From the NCBI RefSeq assembly GCF_006345805.1, contig NC_043005.1, positions 28,520,001 through 28,584,000 of the forward strand: DNA of 64,000 nucleotides, written 5' to 3'. The stretch's first letter is position 1. The number at the start of each line of letters is the position of its first letter. A program made the position numbers and the translations under genes. The notes beneath the pieces were generated by a model. It did no database searches. It saw nothing but the letters and a program-made list of their open reading frames with translations, and was not told the origin of the DNA. Positions 1 to 12,677 of the stretch are shown piece after piece. Source of the DNA: Octopus sinensis (taxonomy: Eukaryota).

Positions 1-914
1 AAGAATATTTTGGCAGTTGGAGTACCTACTTATAGGTAGAAGTGGGGGTTGAACCAGATTATTTTCTCCATTAAGTATATAATGTCTGTGAGCTTGTTTC
101 TGTTTATATATAAATGTATGTATGTTTGTTTATATATTTGGTCATATAACTTAATAACTTACATTTTTCCTTATTCCATCCTTGTCTATTTGGTGGAAAG
201 CAACTATCCTAAAACTTTTTGAACCACAACATAGTAGCTAACCTTTAGGAATGTAGGAACTGAACTTCCCTCTAAAAATATTAACTTCAATCTTTTGAAC
301 CAGAATGAAGGCAGTCCCTACAGTTAAACCTTCCTCTAAAAATTCCAATCCAGTTCCAAGTTAGTGCTATGCATTCAAGGAGAGCAAGACAACCCATCCC
401 TCTAAAAACTACAAACCTTTTATACACCTCATTGTTATGAACAGTCCATCCTGGGATGAAACTCAGATTTGACTACTGACTTTTGGTGCAATGAACCTAT
501 GTTCATGTATGTGTGTGTGTGTGTGTCATATAATTATCTTTTAATGTTCATCTTGCATTTGACAGGATCAAATAGTTCTAAAGACTGCATTATGCTCCAA
601 TGTCTGATTTGGCATGGTTTCTATGCTTGGATGACCTCCCGAATGCCAACCACTTTTCAATGTGTCCCGACTGCATTTTTTTTTATGACACCAGCCCTAA
701 TGAGGTTCCCAAGCAGCTTCCATGACTTAGAACACCTTCAAATGAGTGAGCTGCTGTAGAAAGAAAGACAAATTTATGCCTAGAAATGTAGTATTAAAGA
801 GGAAGGGCCCGAGACAGAAGTGGTTTCTTGTTGAGAAGGAGGTTCATGACTATTCACATTACAGAAGAGTGGGTGAGAGTAACTGACATGGAACTAGAAA
901 GAGAGAAAAAATAT

Positions 915-933
915 ATATATGTATATATGTTTG

Positions 934-966
<33 letters not shown>

Positions 967-1650
967 GTACATGTGTTTGTATATATATATATATATATAT
1001 TTATGTTTGTGTATATATATATATATTTATGTTTGTGTATATATATATATGTATGTTTGTGTATATATATATATGTACATGTGTTTGTATATATATATAT
1101 ATGTGTATGTATGTATGTACATGTGTTTGTATATATATATGTATGTATGTATGTACATGTGTTTGTATATATATATGTATGTATGTATGTACATGTGTTT
1201 GTATATATATATATATGTATGTATGTATGTACATGTGTTTGTATATATATATATATGTATGTATGTACATGTGTTTGTATATATATATATATATGTATGT
1301 ATGTACATGTGTTTGTATATATATATATATATGTATGTATGTACATGTGTTTGTATATATATATATATATGTATGTATGTACATGTGTTTGTATATATAT
1401 ATATATATGTATGTATGTACATGTGTTTGTATATATATATATATATATATGTGTATGTATGTACATGTGTTTGTATATATATATATATGTGTATGTATGT
1501 ACATGTGTTTGTATATATATATATATATATGTGTATGTATGTACATGTGTTTGTATATATATATATGTGTATGTACATGTGTTTGTATATATATATATGT
1601 GTATGTATATATGTTTGTATATATATATATATAATATATATATATATATA
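915..1650. repeat. Minisatellite, ~30-35 bp unit (GTATGTATGTACATGTGTTTGTATATATAT...)
   Basis: Directly visible tandem units; explains the six overlapping Y/I/C/M/H-rich ORFs. Confidence 0.95.
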
Positions 1651-1654
1651 TGTC

Positions 1655-1766
1655 ATCATCATTATCGTTTAACGTCTGCTTTCCATGCTAGCATGGGTTG
1701 GACAGTTCAACTGGGGTCTGATCTGGCAGTGTTTCTACAGCTGGATGCCCTTCCTAACGCCAACCT
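1655..1766 (-). mobile_element. SINE-type dispersed repeat fragment (GGAAGGGCATCCAGC core, (GAT)n tail)
   Basis: The CTGGATGCCCTTCC / CCATGCTGGCATGGG motifs recur at ~530-700, 14553-14715, 16085-16310, 26030-26230, 32670-32952, 37900-38070, 39023-39200 and 41255-41450. Confidence 0.8.
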
Positions 1767-1788
1767 TATATACATATATATATGTATT

Positions 1789-1829
<41 letters not shown>

Positions 1830-1831
<2 letters not shown>

Positions 1832-2380
1832 CATAAAGCTTGAAACTTTTCAGCATTGAACTGCATGCTATTCTTTTCAGCCCACTTGTATATTTTGTCC
1901 AGCTCACATTGCAGGTACATAGTGTCTTCAGGTTCTGTATTACCTGTGAAACTTTTGTATCATCTGCATAACTTGTGATCGTGGCTCTCTGCGTGGCTGA
2001 GGGCATGTCTGAGAGGGCCGTTATGAACAGCAGTGGTCCCAAAACAGTGCCTTGCGGAACACCACTCACTGTTTGCGTGTTATTGGAGGTGGCCCCATTG
2101 GCTACTACTACCTGACTTCTATCCTTCAGAAAGCATGAAGCCATTCTCCCAATTTTCCAACTATGCCAAGATCACGCAGTTTGTGACATATCATTCCATG
2201 ATCGACTTTATCAAAGGTCTTTGCAAAGTTGAGATATATTACTTCCACATTTGAGTGGTTGAGCAGTCGTTTCAGCACCCAGTCATAGTGTTGTTCGAGC
2301 TGAGTTAGGCAGCTTCTTCCTGGTCGGAAACCATGTTGGGTGTCAGGCAGCAAGTCATTTTCTTCTAGGAAGGTGATTAG
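1830..2380 (-). mobile_element. LINE reverse transcriptase fragment (CR1/L2/Jockey-like), frameshifted
   Basis: Motifs QHGFRPGRSCLTQL, YLNFAKTFDKVDH, SGVPQGTVLGPLLF, SYADDTK, WAEKNSMQFNAEK spread across three ORFs. Confidence 0.93.
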
Positions 2381-2625
2381 TCTATTTATATTTGTATATA
2401 TAATTTTATATATATTTTTATATATAATTTTATATATATTTTTATATATAATTTAATATATATTTTGATATATATAATTTTATATATGTATATTTGTATA
2501 TATAATTATATATATATTTATTGATAAAAATCGTAAGACAACAAAAGAATGAAAGAGACTTCAATATTATGTAAATAGAGAAATTTATCTGTATATTTAA
2601 TATGTGACACTTATTCAGTAGCCAT

Positions 2626-2686
2626 GATAAAACTCCGAGTTTCGGATGCCTTGGTGGTAATCCACACCGCCATCTCTTCAGTTATC
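2626..2686 (-). ncRNA. Minimal type-I hammerhead ribozyme motif
   Basis: Minus strand: GAUAA-CUGAAGA-[GAUG..GGUG/CACC..CAUC]-C-GAAA-CUC-G-GAG-UU-UUAUC. Stems I-III all pair; GUU cleavage triplet; one extra C before GAAA. Confidence 0.7.
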
Positions 2687-2794
2687 CCACCATTGGAAAA
2701 ATGCTATGAAAATGACCTTTTTTTACACACTGAATCCAAAACTTGGAGTTTTATCATGGTTACCGAATAATTGTCACATATTTCATTTACACAT

Positions 2795-3444
2795 AATATA
2801 TATATATATTTTTTATATATATATATATTATATATATATATATATTTATATATATATTTTTTTATATTATATATATTTATATAATATATATATATATATA
2901 TTTATATATATTTTTATATATATATATTATATATATTTATATATATATATATTTTTTATATATATTTAGATATATATATATTTATATATATATATTATAT
3001 ATTTTTATATATTTATATATATATATTTTATATATTTATATATATATATTTTTAATATTATATATATATATTTTTATATATTTATATATATTTTTATATA
3101 TAATATTTTTATATATATATATATTTTTATATATATATATTTTTATATATATTATATTTATATATATATATATTTTTATATATATATTTTTATATATTAT
3201 ATTTTTATATATATATTTTATATATATATTTATATATATATATTATATATATATATATATTATTTTTATATATATATATATTTTTTATATTATATATATA
3301 TATTTTTTATATATATATTATATATATATAGATATATTTTTATATATATATGTATATATATATATTTTAATATATATTTTTAATATATATATATTTTATA
3401 TATTTATATATATATTTTTATAATATATATATATATATATATAT

Positions 3445-3482
<38 letters not shown>

Positions 3483-3955
3483 ATATATATATATATATAT
3501 TTTTATATATATATATATATATATATTTTTATATATATATATTATATTTTTTATTATATATATATATATTTTTATAATATATATATATATTATATTTATA
3601 TATATAATATATATATATTTTTTATATATATATATATAATATTTTTATATATATATATATATAATTTTATATATATATAATATTTTTATATATATATAAT
3701 TTTTATATATATATATTATTTTATATATAATATTTTTATATATATATATTTTTATATATATATGTATATATTTTTATGTATATATGTATATATTTTTATG
3801 TATATATGTATATATTTTTATGTATATATTTTTATATATATATGTATATTTTTATATATTTATATGTATATTTTTTATATATATATATATTTTTATATAT
3901 ATTTATATGTATATTTTTTTATAATGTATATATTTTTTATATATATATATATACG
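2795..3955. repeat. (TA)n / T-rich low-complexity array
   Basis: Almost pure A/T for >1.1 kb. Confidence 0.97.
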
Positions 3956-3961
3956 TATATA

Positions 3962-4358
3962 GGCGCAGGAGTGGCTGTGTGGTAAGTAGCTTGCTAACCA
4001 ACCACATGGTTCCGGGTTCAGTCCCACTGCGTGGCATCTTGGGCAAGTGTCTTCTGCTATGGCCCCGGGCCGACCAATGCCTTATGAGTGGATTTGGTAG
4101 ACGGAAACTGAAAGAAGCCTGTCGTATATATGTATATATATATGTGTGTGGGTTTGTGTGTCTGTGTTTGTCCCCTAGCATTGCTTGACAACCGGTACTG
4201 GTGTGTTTACGTCCCCGTCACTTAGCGGTTCGGCAAAAGAGACCGATAGAATAAGTACTGGGCTTGCAGAGAGTAAGTCCCTGGGTCGATTTGCTCACTG
4301 GGGGCGGTGCTCCAGCATGGCCGCAGTCAAATGACTGAAACAAGTAAAGGAGTAAGAG
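3962..4358 (+). mobile_element. Full-length tRNA-derived SINE (young copy)
   Basis: A-box-like TGGCTGTGTGG, B-box-like GGTTCAGTCC, internal (TA)(TG) tract, GTAAAAGA-type tail; many copies in window. Confidence 0.9.
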
Positions 4359-4359
4359 T

Positions 4360-4775
4360 ATATATTTATACGTATATATTTTTTATATATATATTTATAC
4401 GTATATATTTTTTATATATATATTTATACGTATATATTTTTTATATATATATTTATACGTATATATTTTTTATATATATATTTATACGTATATATTTTTT
4501 ATATATATATTTATACATATATATTTTTTATATACATATTTATACGTATATATTTTTTATATATATATTTATACGTATATATTTTTTATATATTTATACG
4601 TATATATTTTTTTATATATTTATACATATATATTTTTTTATATATTTATACGTATATATTTTTTATATGTATTTATATATATATATTTTATATATTTATA
4701 CGTATATATTTTTTATATGTATTTATATATATATTTTTTATATATTTATACATATATATATTTTTTATATATTTA
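4360..4775. repeat. AT-rich minisatellite (~25-30 bp, TATATTTATACGTATATATTTTT)
   Basis: Visible tandem units between the two inverted SINEs. Confidence 0.9.
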
Positions 4776-4776
4776 T

Positions 4777-4998
4777 ACTCTCTTTTACTCTTTTACCTGT
4801 TTCAGTCATTTGACTGCGGCCATGCTGGAGCACCGCCTTTAGTCGAGCAAATCGACCCCGGGACTTATTCTTTGTAAGCCCAGTACTTATTCTATCGGTC
4901 TCTTTTGCCGAACCGCTAAGTGACGGGGACGTAAGTATACCAGCCAGCATCGGTTGTCAAGCAATGTTAGGGGGACAAACACAGACACACAAACACAT

Positions 4999-5029
<31 letters not shown>

Positions 5030-5157
5030 CGACAGGCTTCTTTCAGTTTCCGTCTACCAAATCCACTCACAAGGCATTGGTCGGCCCGGGGCTATAGCAG
5101 AAGACACTTGCCCAAGATGCCACGCAGTGGGACTGAACCCGGAACCATGTGGTTGGT
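4777..5157 (-). mobile_element. Same tRNA-derived SINE, inverted, slightly 5'-truncated
   Basis: Reverse complement aligns with 3962-4358 over nearly its whole length. Confidence 0.9.
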
Positions 5158-5159
5158 TA

Positions 5160-5265
5160 TACATATATTTTTTATATATATTTATGTATTTATACTTATT
5201 TTTATATATTCATGCATATTTTGATATATTTATATATATGTATTTATTATATATATATGTATTTT

Positions 5266-5304
<39 letters not shown>

Positions 5305-5315
5305 GTATTTATATA

Positions 5316-5369
<54 letters not shown>

Positions 5370-5383
5370 TTATATTATATATG

Positions 5384-5440
<57 letters not shown>

Positions 5441-5575
5441 TTATATATATATATGTATTTATATATATATATGTATTTATATATATAGTATTTATTATAT
5501 ATATATGTATTTATATATATATGTATTTATATATATATTATATATATATATATATATATATGATATATATATATT

Positions 5576-5626
<51 letters not shown>

Positions 5627-5661
5627 GTATTTATATATATATATGTATTTATATATATATG

Positions 5662-5700
<39 letters not shown>

Positions 5701-5845
5701 TATATATATATAAATATATATATATGTATTATATATATATATATTATATATATATATATGTGTATATATATATATATATTAAAATATATATATATATATT
5801 ATATAGATATACATATATATTTGTATATATATTTACATATATATA
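5160..5845. repeat. (TA)n low-complexity array
   Basis: Directly visible. Confidence 0.95.
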
Positions 5846-6184
5846 AAAAAACAAAATGGGACAAGAATGCAAAATATCCGGTCAGCCAAGTGATACAAAA
5901 AGGGACAACAAACCATCCAGTTAAAAATATAAATATTTTTGATAACATTATTACATAAAATATGGTTTATTATGTATGTCAGTCAAGTTTATGGTGACAG
6001 GAAGGGCATCCAACCGTAGAAATCAAACTAAAATGAAAGAGATGATTGCTAGTCTATGAAGGTAGTGTCAGCTTGGACAGTGGATGAAAACCAATGATGG
6101 TGATGTGTACATGTGAAACATGAGGAAAATGACAATATAAGGAACAGTACTTGTAGAGCCATTTTTGGATGGATTATGTGTTTC

Positions 6185-6860
6185 TGGTGTGTGTGTGTGT
6201 TTGGATGCACGTGTATCTGGAGTGTGTTCACATTTATCTGTTATGTGTTTGTGTATGCAAACGTGTATCTAGTGTGTGTACATGTGCGCATGCATCTGGT
6301 GTTTGCACATGTGTATTCGATGTGTGTGCATGTGCATATGTGTATCTTGTGTGTGTGTGTGTACATGCATGCCTGTGTGTACATGCATGTCTGTGTATTT
6401 AGTGTGTGTGTGTGTGTGCATGCACACGTGTATTTGGTGTGTTCATGCATGTGTGTATGCACTTATTTGGTGTGTGTGTGTCTTTGTGCATGCATGCATG
6501 TGTATCTGGTGTGTGTGTGCGTGCACATGTCTGTGTAAATGGTGTGTGTGTGTGCATGCATGTGTATCTAGTGTGTGTGTGTCTGCACTTGTATATCTGG
6601 TGTGTTGTGTGTGTGCGTGCGCATGCCTATTTGGTGTGTGTGTGTGTGAGTGCATGCATGCATGTATGTCTGGTGTGCATGTGTGTGCATGCACACATGT
6701 ATGAGATGTATGTGCATGTACATATATCTTGTGTGTGTGTGATTGTGCATGTATGCCTACCTGGTGTTGGTACATATATATCTCTTAGTGTGTGTGTCTG
6801 GAGTGTGTCTCTGTCTTGTATATTTGTGCACACACATCTGCTGTGTGTGTTTATTTGTTG
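6185..6860. repeat. Degenerate (TG)n/GCAT minisatellite
   Basis: Recurring GTGCATGTGTATCTGGTGTGTG-like units; source of the C/V/H/M ORFs. Confidence 0.9.
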
Positions 6861-8309
6861 ATATATGAAGATATCATGAGTCCATTCTTTACGATACCTG
6901 CTTCCCCCCTCTCCTCTCACTTCTATCTTATAAATATCAAATCAATTATTTTAATATTTCAAAGAAGTCAGTCAGTATAATCATATGATTTTTTTCCTCT
7001 CTTCCTCATCATATCAACCTTCCCATCCATTCTGTGTAATGCAATCTGCCCCTTTCTTTCCATCATTTATTTTACAAATTTTTAAGGCAACCGGTTGACT
7101 TTTGATTCAACAACCCCTTTTTATTGTCCCTATTCCCCTTCCTTTCTTCCCTACCACTTCGCATGTCTATTTTGTTTTGCTCTGTTAAATGTCAGCATCC
7201 TGTTGGTAGGGTTACTTAATTGTTGTTGTTTAGACCCTGGTCATCCCTTATTAAACAGACCTATAGGACCTTGGACTTGGTGTTTATGATGTTGAGGTAA
7301 TAACAGCAAAGGGTGGGGTGGAAAAGGACACAAGCAGAGATGTAGTTGAATTCCTGTTGCCGTAATTACTCGTCCTCACTTTGTCAACTTAATAAGGTCA
7401 GGATATGTGCAGTGTAACACTGGACTTGATACAGTAACATTAAATTGCCCAGCTGTAACTTCTGTCACAGAAACTTTTCTTATTAGTATTTATTATTATC
7501 ATCATTTAAAGTCCTCTTTTCTATGTTTTCATGGGTCATGTGGAATTTATTGAGGCAAGTTTTCTCTAGCTTGATGCCCTTCCTGATGGCAGCCCTCGTT
7601 TCCAAGCAAGGTAATATTCCCCATAGAAGACAAGAAACAAACAACATCACTTGTATGATGGTGATGCTCATTTACAGTTATTGCATGATGTGAAGACAAG
7701 TGTACATACATACACACACACACACACATACACATATATGCAACAGGCTTCCTTTAGTTTCCATCAACTGAAGTTTTGCACAAGGCATTGATCAACCTGA
7801 GGTCAATAGTAGAAGACATTTACCTGTCCTAGGTGCCAAGCTGCAAGGTTGAACCCAAAACCTCATTGTTGGGAAGCAAGCTTCTGAACCACACAGTCAT
7901 GGCAATGCCTTTTAGCAGGTTTCTAATTTGTTCTGAGACATTGTAATGTTGATGCTTTTTTTCAACAGAAGTAGCTTCGACCAGAAATTAAAACCTGTTT
8001 GTATATATGGCTCCCAGACATTGTTGCACAATGTCCTGTAATAATGATTCTCAACTCAAGTATAACACCTCAGATTTTGTAAGGATTGCGTAATAATGTA
8101 TTGTGATATTTATACCTTTTTCTGTTTTATTTTTGCCTTTTGTAACACACCAACTTAGAATGAATTTCACTATCTTTCAACCACCATCCCCCTTAAAAAT
8201 CTGACAGAAGTAATGACTCACCACCTCTCCCTTGTCATTTATGTATTTTAATACAATGTATGAAGATTACACAATATCATTTCTTTCAATATTACCTGAC
8301 ACTTTCTAA

Positions 8310-8475
8310 AGACAGCAAGCTGGCAGTATGCCAGGCAAAATGCTTAACGGTATTTCTTCTGTCTTTATGTTCTGAGTTCAAATTCCACCGAGGTTGACTT
8401 TGCCTTTCATCCTTTCAGGGTCAATAAATTAAGTACCCCAAAATTATGGGTCTTGTGCCTTGAGTAGAAAAGAAT
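8310..8475 (+). mobile_element. SINE with Meta-domain-like core (GCCTTTCATCCTTTCGGGGTCGATAAATTAAGTACC)
   Basis: Core recurs at 8965-9097(-), 11140-11610, 14030-14290, 16328-16550, 38650-38875(-), 40188-40395, 47826-48265 and 59693-59903. Confidence 0.8.
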
Positions 8476-10340
8476 ATTACCTGACATTTTCTGCTCGTGT
8501 CAAGCACTTACTATATAGAGACAAACCCAGTAATACTGAATTAAATGTCCAACAGTTTCTCTGTGTTGGAACTTTGCCAAGGTTGACAAAATAAGTAGAA
8601 TTATGAAGAACTGAGAAGTAATGGGTCAATTGTACCTGCATCCTCCCCTAAAATTTGTGGCCTTATACATCTTAGAATTTGTTATAATTTTTTTTAATGA
8701 TTTAGTCATAAGAGGAAGGGCGGGCAGTTCCCAGCAGCTGCCACAACCCTTATCCTGACCTCAGATTGGTGTGAGGAAGTTCTCTTCAAGCTTTGTCTGA
8801 ATACTTGCAGCACAGCATATTCTGCCGTTGTAACTGTAGGATATCATTAAAGATGATATCCTACAAACTCCTTGGTTTGAAAGCAAATTTTACTTGGATT
8901 AACTCTGCCTCTCATCTTCTGAACCAACAGAATATGTAGCAGTAATATTCTCATATAGTTTATATTCTCTTCTACTCTAGGCACAAGGCCCGAAATTTTG
9001 GGGGAGGGGGCCAGTCGATTAGATTGATTCCAGTACACAACTGGTACTTAATTTATGTACTCCAAAAAGACGAAAGGCAAAGTCGACCTCGGTGGGTCAT
9101 ATAGTTTATACTGACTGTTCCTCTTCATGGAAATACTGACCCCTACATTCTGAGTTCAAATTCCAGATAATCTGGCTTTGCCTCTCATTCCTTTAAGCTA
9201 CATCAGTCAGTTACTGGGGTTGGTATAATAAAACAAAACAACGACACTTGCGCCTCTGTCCTTCATTCTTTGCCATTGTGACAATGAAATAGCTTGACCT
9301 CAAGCCAATATTCCTCATTGATAACTGAGAGATTGGTTTTTACCCTCCAGATCATGAGTTTAAATAGTGCTGCTGTCATTGTGGTGTCCCTGGATAAAAC
9401 AGATAAATGGGTGTTTAGACATTAGAAGTAACCTACCTGTCATTTGAGTTAGGGGCCTTGTGTGAAATCTCAGTAGGAACTGCTTATACTAATATCTAGA
9501 GAAATGCTATGAACACCAAGTCCACATCTCTATTTTGAGTTTTATTTGTCATCATTATTATCGTCATCATCATCAGTAATGAGTCAGTGCATGGAGCTGC
9601 TATACTCAAACTATTAGAAATAGCAGCCAAATCATCCTTAAGGGAAGAACATGTTAGACAATGTAATTGGGGTTATACAAAAAGGCAGGATGCTCAGAAC
9701 TAGGAAGCCTTTAATAACTCTGCTTAGTCTCCAGACCTTTAGCGAGATAACAAAACCACCGTCAGTAATTCTATTACTATCACTACCACTCTTCATTATC
9801 ATCACAGCACTACCCCACCCACCCACAGTCGACACCGCACCACCCACAAACGACACCACCACCTCAGCCATTGACACTGTACTATCATTATCAGCAACAC
9901 CACCACCACAAATTAGCTCGTCTCCACACCATTGCTAGACCTCCACCGCCATTTTCACACTACTTCCATCGTCATGAACACTGCACCACCATCATCGATA
10001 AGTAATATTGATCAGTTTAGCTGCTTTTGATGAAGAAAACGTATTTATTAAGGCAGAGGGGGAAAGGACGAGGAATGGTGGTAAACCTAGCCACTTCGAT
10101 CTGTCTTCAAAATCAAGATCAATAAAATAAGTACCAGTAATATCAGCAGCCGTGTGAATCATTGAATAATTGACTAAATCTGCTTCTCTAGGAAGGCATG
10201 CAGTTGTAGCAGAATTATTACATCACGGCAAGATTTCTGTATATTCAGTTAGAACTGCTTTACTCTATGTTGTTAATAATAAAACAAAACAATGACACTT
10301 GCGCCTCTGTCCTTCATTCTTTGCCGTTGTAACAATGAAA

Positions 10341-10371
<31 letters not shown>

Positions 10372-10717
10372 TGTCAGGTAATATCATTACCTGTCAGTCG
10401 ATGTAATCGACTGACCCCTCCCCTCTAAAATTGCTGGCCTTATTCCAAAATTTGAAACCATTATTATTATTAGTGGTGAAAGGGAGTTGTAGGCTGGAGG
10501 AGGTGCTGGTGTTTTCCAGTAAATTTGTTGAGATGTCGGTAGCAGGGATGTCTGGCGGGTATGGCATGTGTAAATGTACCTGTTTTCAGGTTGCGCCCCT
10601 AAGCCATGAAACAGAGTTGCGAAATGGCAGTTACACTTAATAGTTTGGATAATTGTGGATCTGTAGGGATCCCTTGATGATTGCATTTCGCTTAAGACTC
10701 TCCCTCACACACACACG

Positions 10718-10781
<64 letters not shown>

Positions 10782-10799
10782 AATGTTTCTGTATTGCTG

Positions 10800-12632
10800 T
10801 ATTGTTGGTTCTGTAGCAAATCGTTTGTTTCTGTTACTGGAAATAATAAAACACAATAAATAAAATGTCAATCATAATATATTGGATCGATTTAATCGAT
10901 TAAAGTCCAACCAACTAATATGTAGTCTTGCACCAAGATAAGCAGTCGTCATTAGTAAGGTGGACTGATATAAGCGGTAGAGCGTCTTCCAGTATTTAGT
11001 TTGTGTTCTTTTTGCGCTTTCAGTAGAAATTCTGTCGGGGTTTAGTTTGTGTTCCATCCTTGCAAAGCTGGACAGAATAGGTATCAAGGGTCGAATAGAC
11101 ATTCATCCTACCATATAAAAAAAATAAATAACCCCTTGCTTTGTGCTTGTGTTCCTTTCGGGGTCGATAAAATAAACACTAGTTGAGCACTGTGATCGAT
11201 ATAATGACGGCTAATAGCCCCCCACAAAATTTCAGGCCTTGTGCCTATGGTACAAAAGGATTATTATTATTATTATTATTCGACGAGCTGGCAGAATCGT
11301 TGGCACACCGGCAAAATGCTTAGAAGCATTTCGTCCGCTTGCACTTTGTCTTTCTTCCTTTCGGGTTCGATAAAATAAGTGCCAGTTGAACACAGGGGTC
11401 GATGTAATAGGTTTAACCCCTCTCCTAAAATTTCTGCCCTTATGGCAAAATTTGAAACCATTACTATTATTACTATTCAAATTCCGCCGAGGTCGACCTC
11501 GCCTTTCATCCTTTCGGGGTCGAAAAAAATAGTACTGGCCAAGTCCTAGAGAGGTCGATGAAATCTCCCCTGCCAAAATTTCAGGTTTTGTGCCTAGAGT
11601 AGAAAGGATTTTTATTAAAATATTCCTCACCTCCCACACCACATTCAGTCGTTATTTCGATAACATTTCTTCTTCAGTAGTTATTTGATTAATAAAGTAC
11701 TCGGAGTCGTACCACACACATACACACCCCTATAATACGATCGCTGCTACCACCTCATCCAAATTTTTATGGCTTTGCAGCAAATGTTTTTTGTTCTTTT
11801 TTCTTCACATAAATTTTCTCTGATCAAATTCTATAATGTCGATTGTTCGTTATTTGCCAGTAAGGCTATTATTGTATGGCGAGTGGAGGGCTCTAGACCC
11901 GACCCTTCTTCGTTTTGGGTGGTTGGTTGAGGAAAGGTCTGTACATAATGGTAAGGGTACTTGCTAATGATGAGCATCAAGATCTAAGCTCCTAATAAAC
12001 AGGTTGCGTCGCTCTGTTGTGTTTCACAGCTAGAGCTATTTCATTTCAATACATTGCAAATGTTTTTGAGAGACAAATGATTGTCACAAATTCTCATTGA
12101 GTTTTTCCTTTCCTAAAAATACCCTCAGTGTCTGATGTAAGGTGGCTGGCTACTTCCGCCTTCAGTTTGGTTAAATTTCATTTCCCGATATTATGTCTTT
12201 CATTCCACTAACCAACTCAGTACAGTACTGATGCCCCCCCCCCCGCCTTTCCCCTCTCTCAGGAGAAAACCCAGTGTCACTTTATTTAATTACTATTTTT
12301 CACAGTTTCACTGAAGTATGTCATAGCGTGTGTCTTTATACCTATCTGTCATTCTATTTCTCCATCTTTCTATCTCACTTTGTCTTTCTGTCTCATTTTC
12401 TCTCTCCTTCTTTCGCTTTATTATGCATACGCGCGCACACATACATACATACATACATACATACATACACTTTCATACACTCTCTCTCTCTTATTGTCTT
12501 TCTCTCTGTCAGTCCTTCTACCGCTCTGTTTTTATCACTGTTTCTGTCAACCCCCCTCTCTCTCTTTCTGTTACACACACTTTTTCGATCAATCTCTCTC
12601 GCTCTATCACTCGTTTTACCTTTCTCTGTCGG

Positions 12633-12677
<45 letters not shown>

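Noticed and set aside
919-1650. Regular repeat array as CRISPR
   Set aside because: No unique spacers, no cas genes, eukaryotic context.
828-1836. ORFs of 180-305 aa in all six frames
   Set aside because: Stop-free TA/TG minisatellite; the same applies to ORFs at 3762-6980 and 30789-31316.
3962-4035. tRNA gene (also 60497 and 62330)
   Set aside because: A/B-box-like heads continue into SINE bodies and have no cloverleaf.
9651-9938. Pro/Thr-rich ORF
   Set aside because: Low-complexity (CAC/CAT) tract with no splice or domain support.
11645-11690. Minus-strand CTGAAGA...GAAA
   Set aside because: No stem I or stem III pairing.
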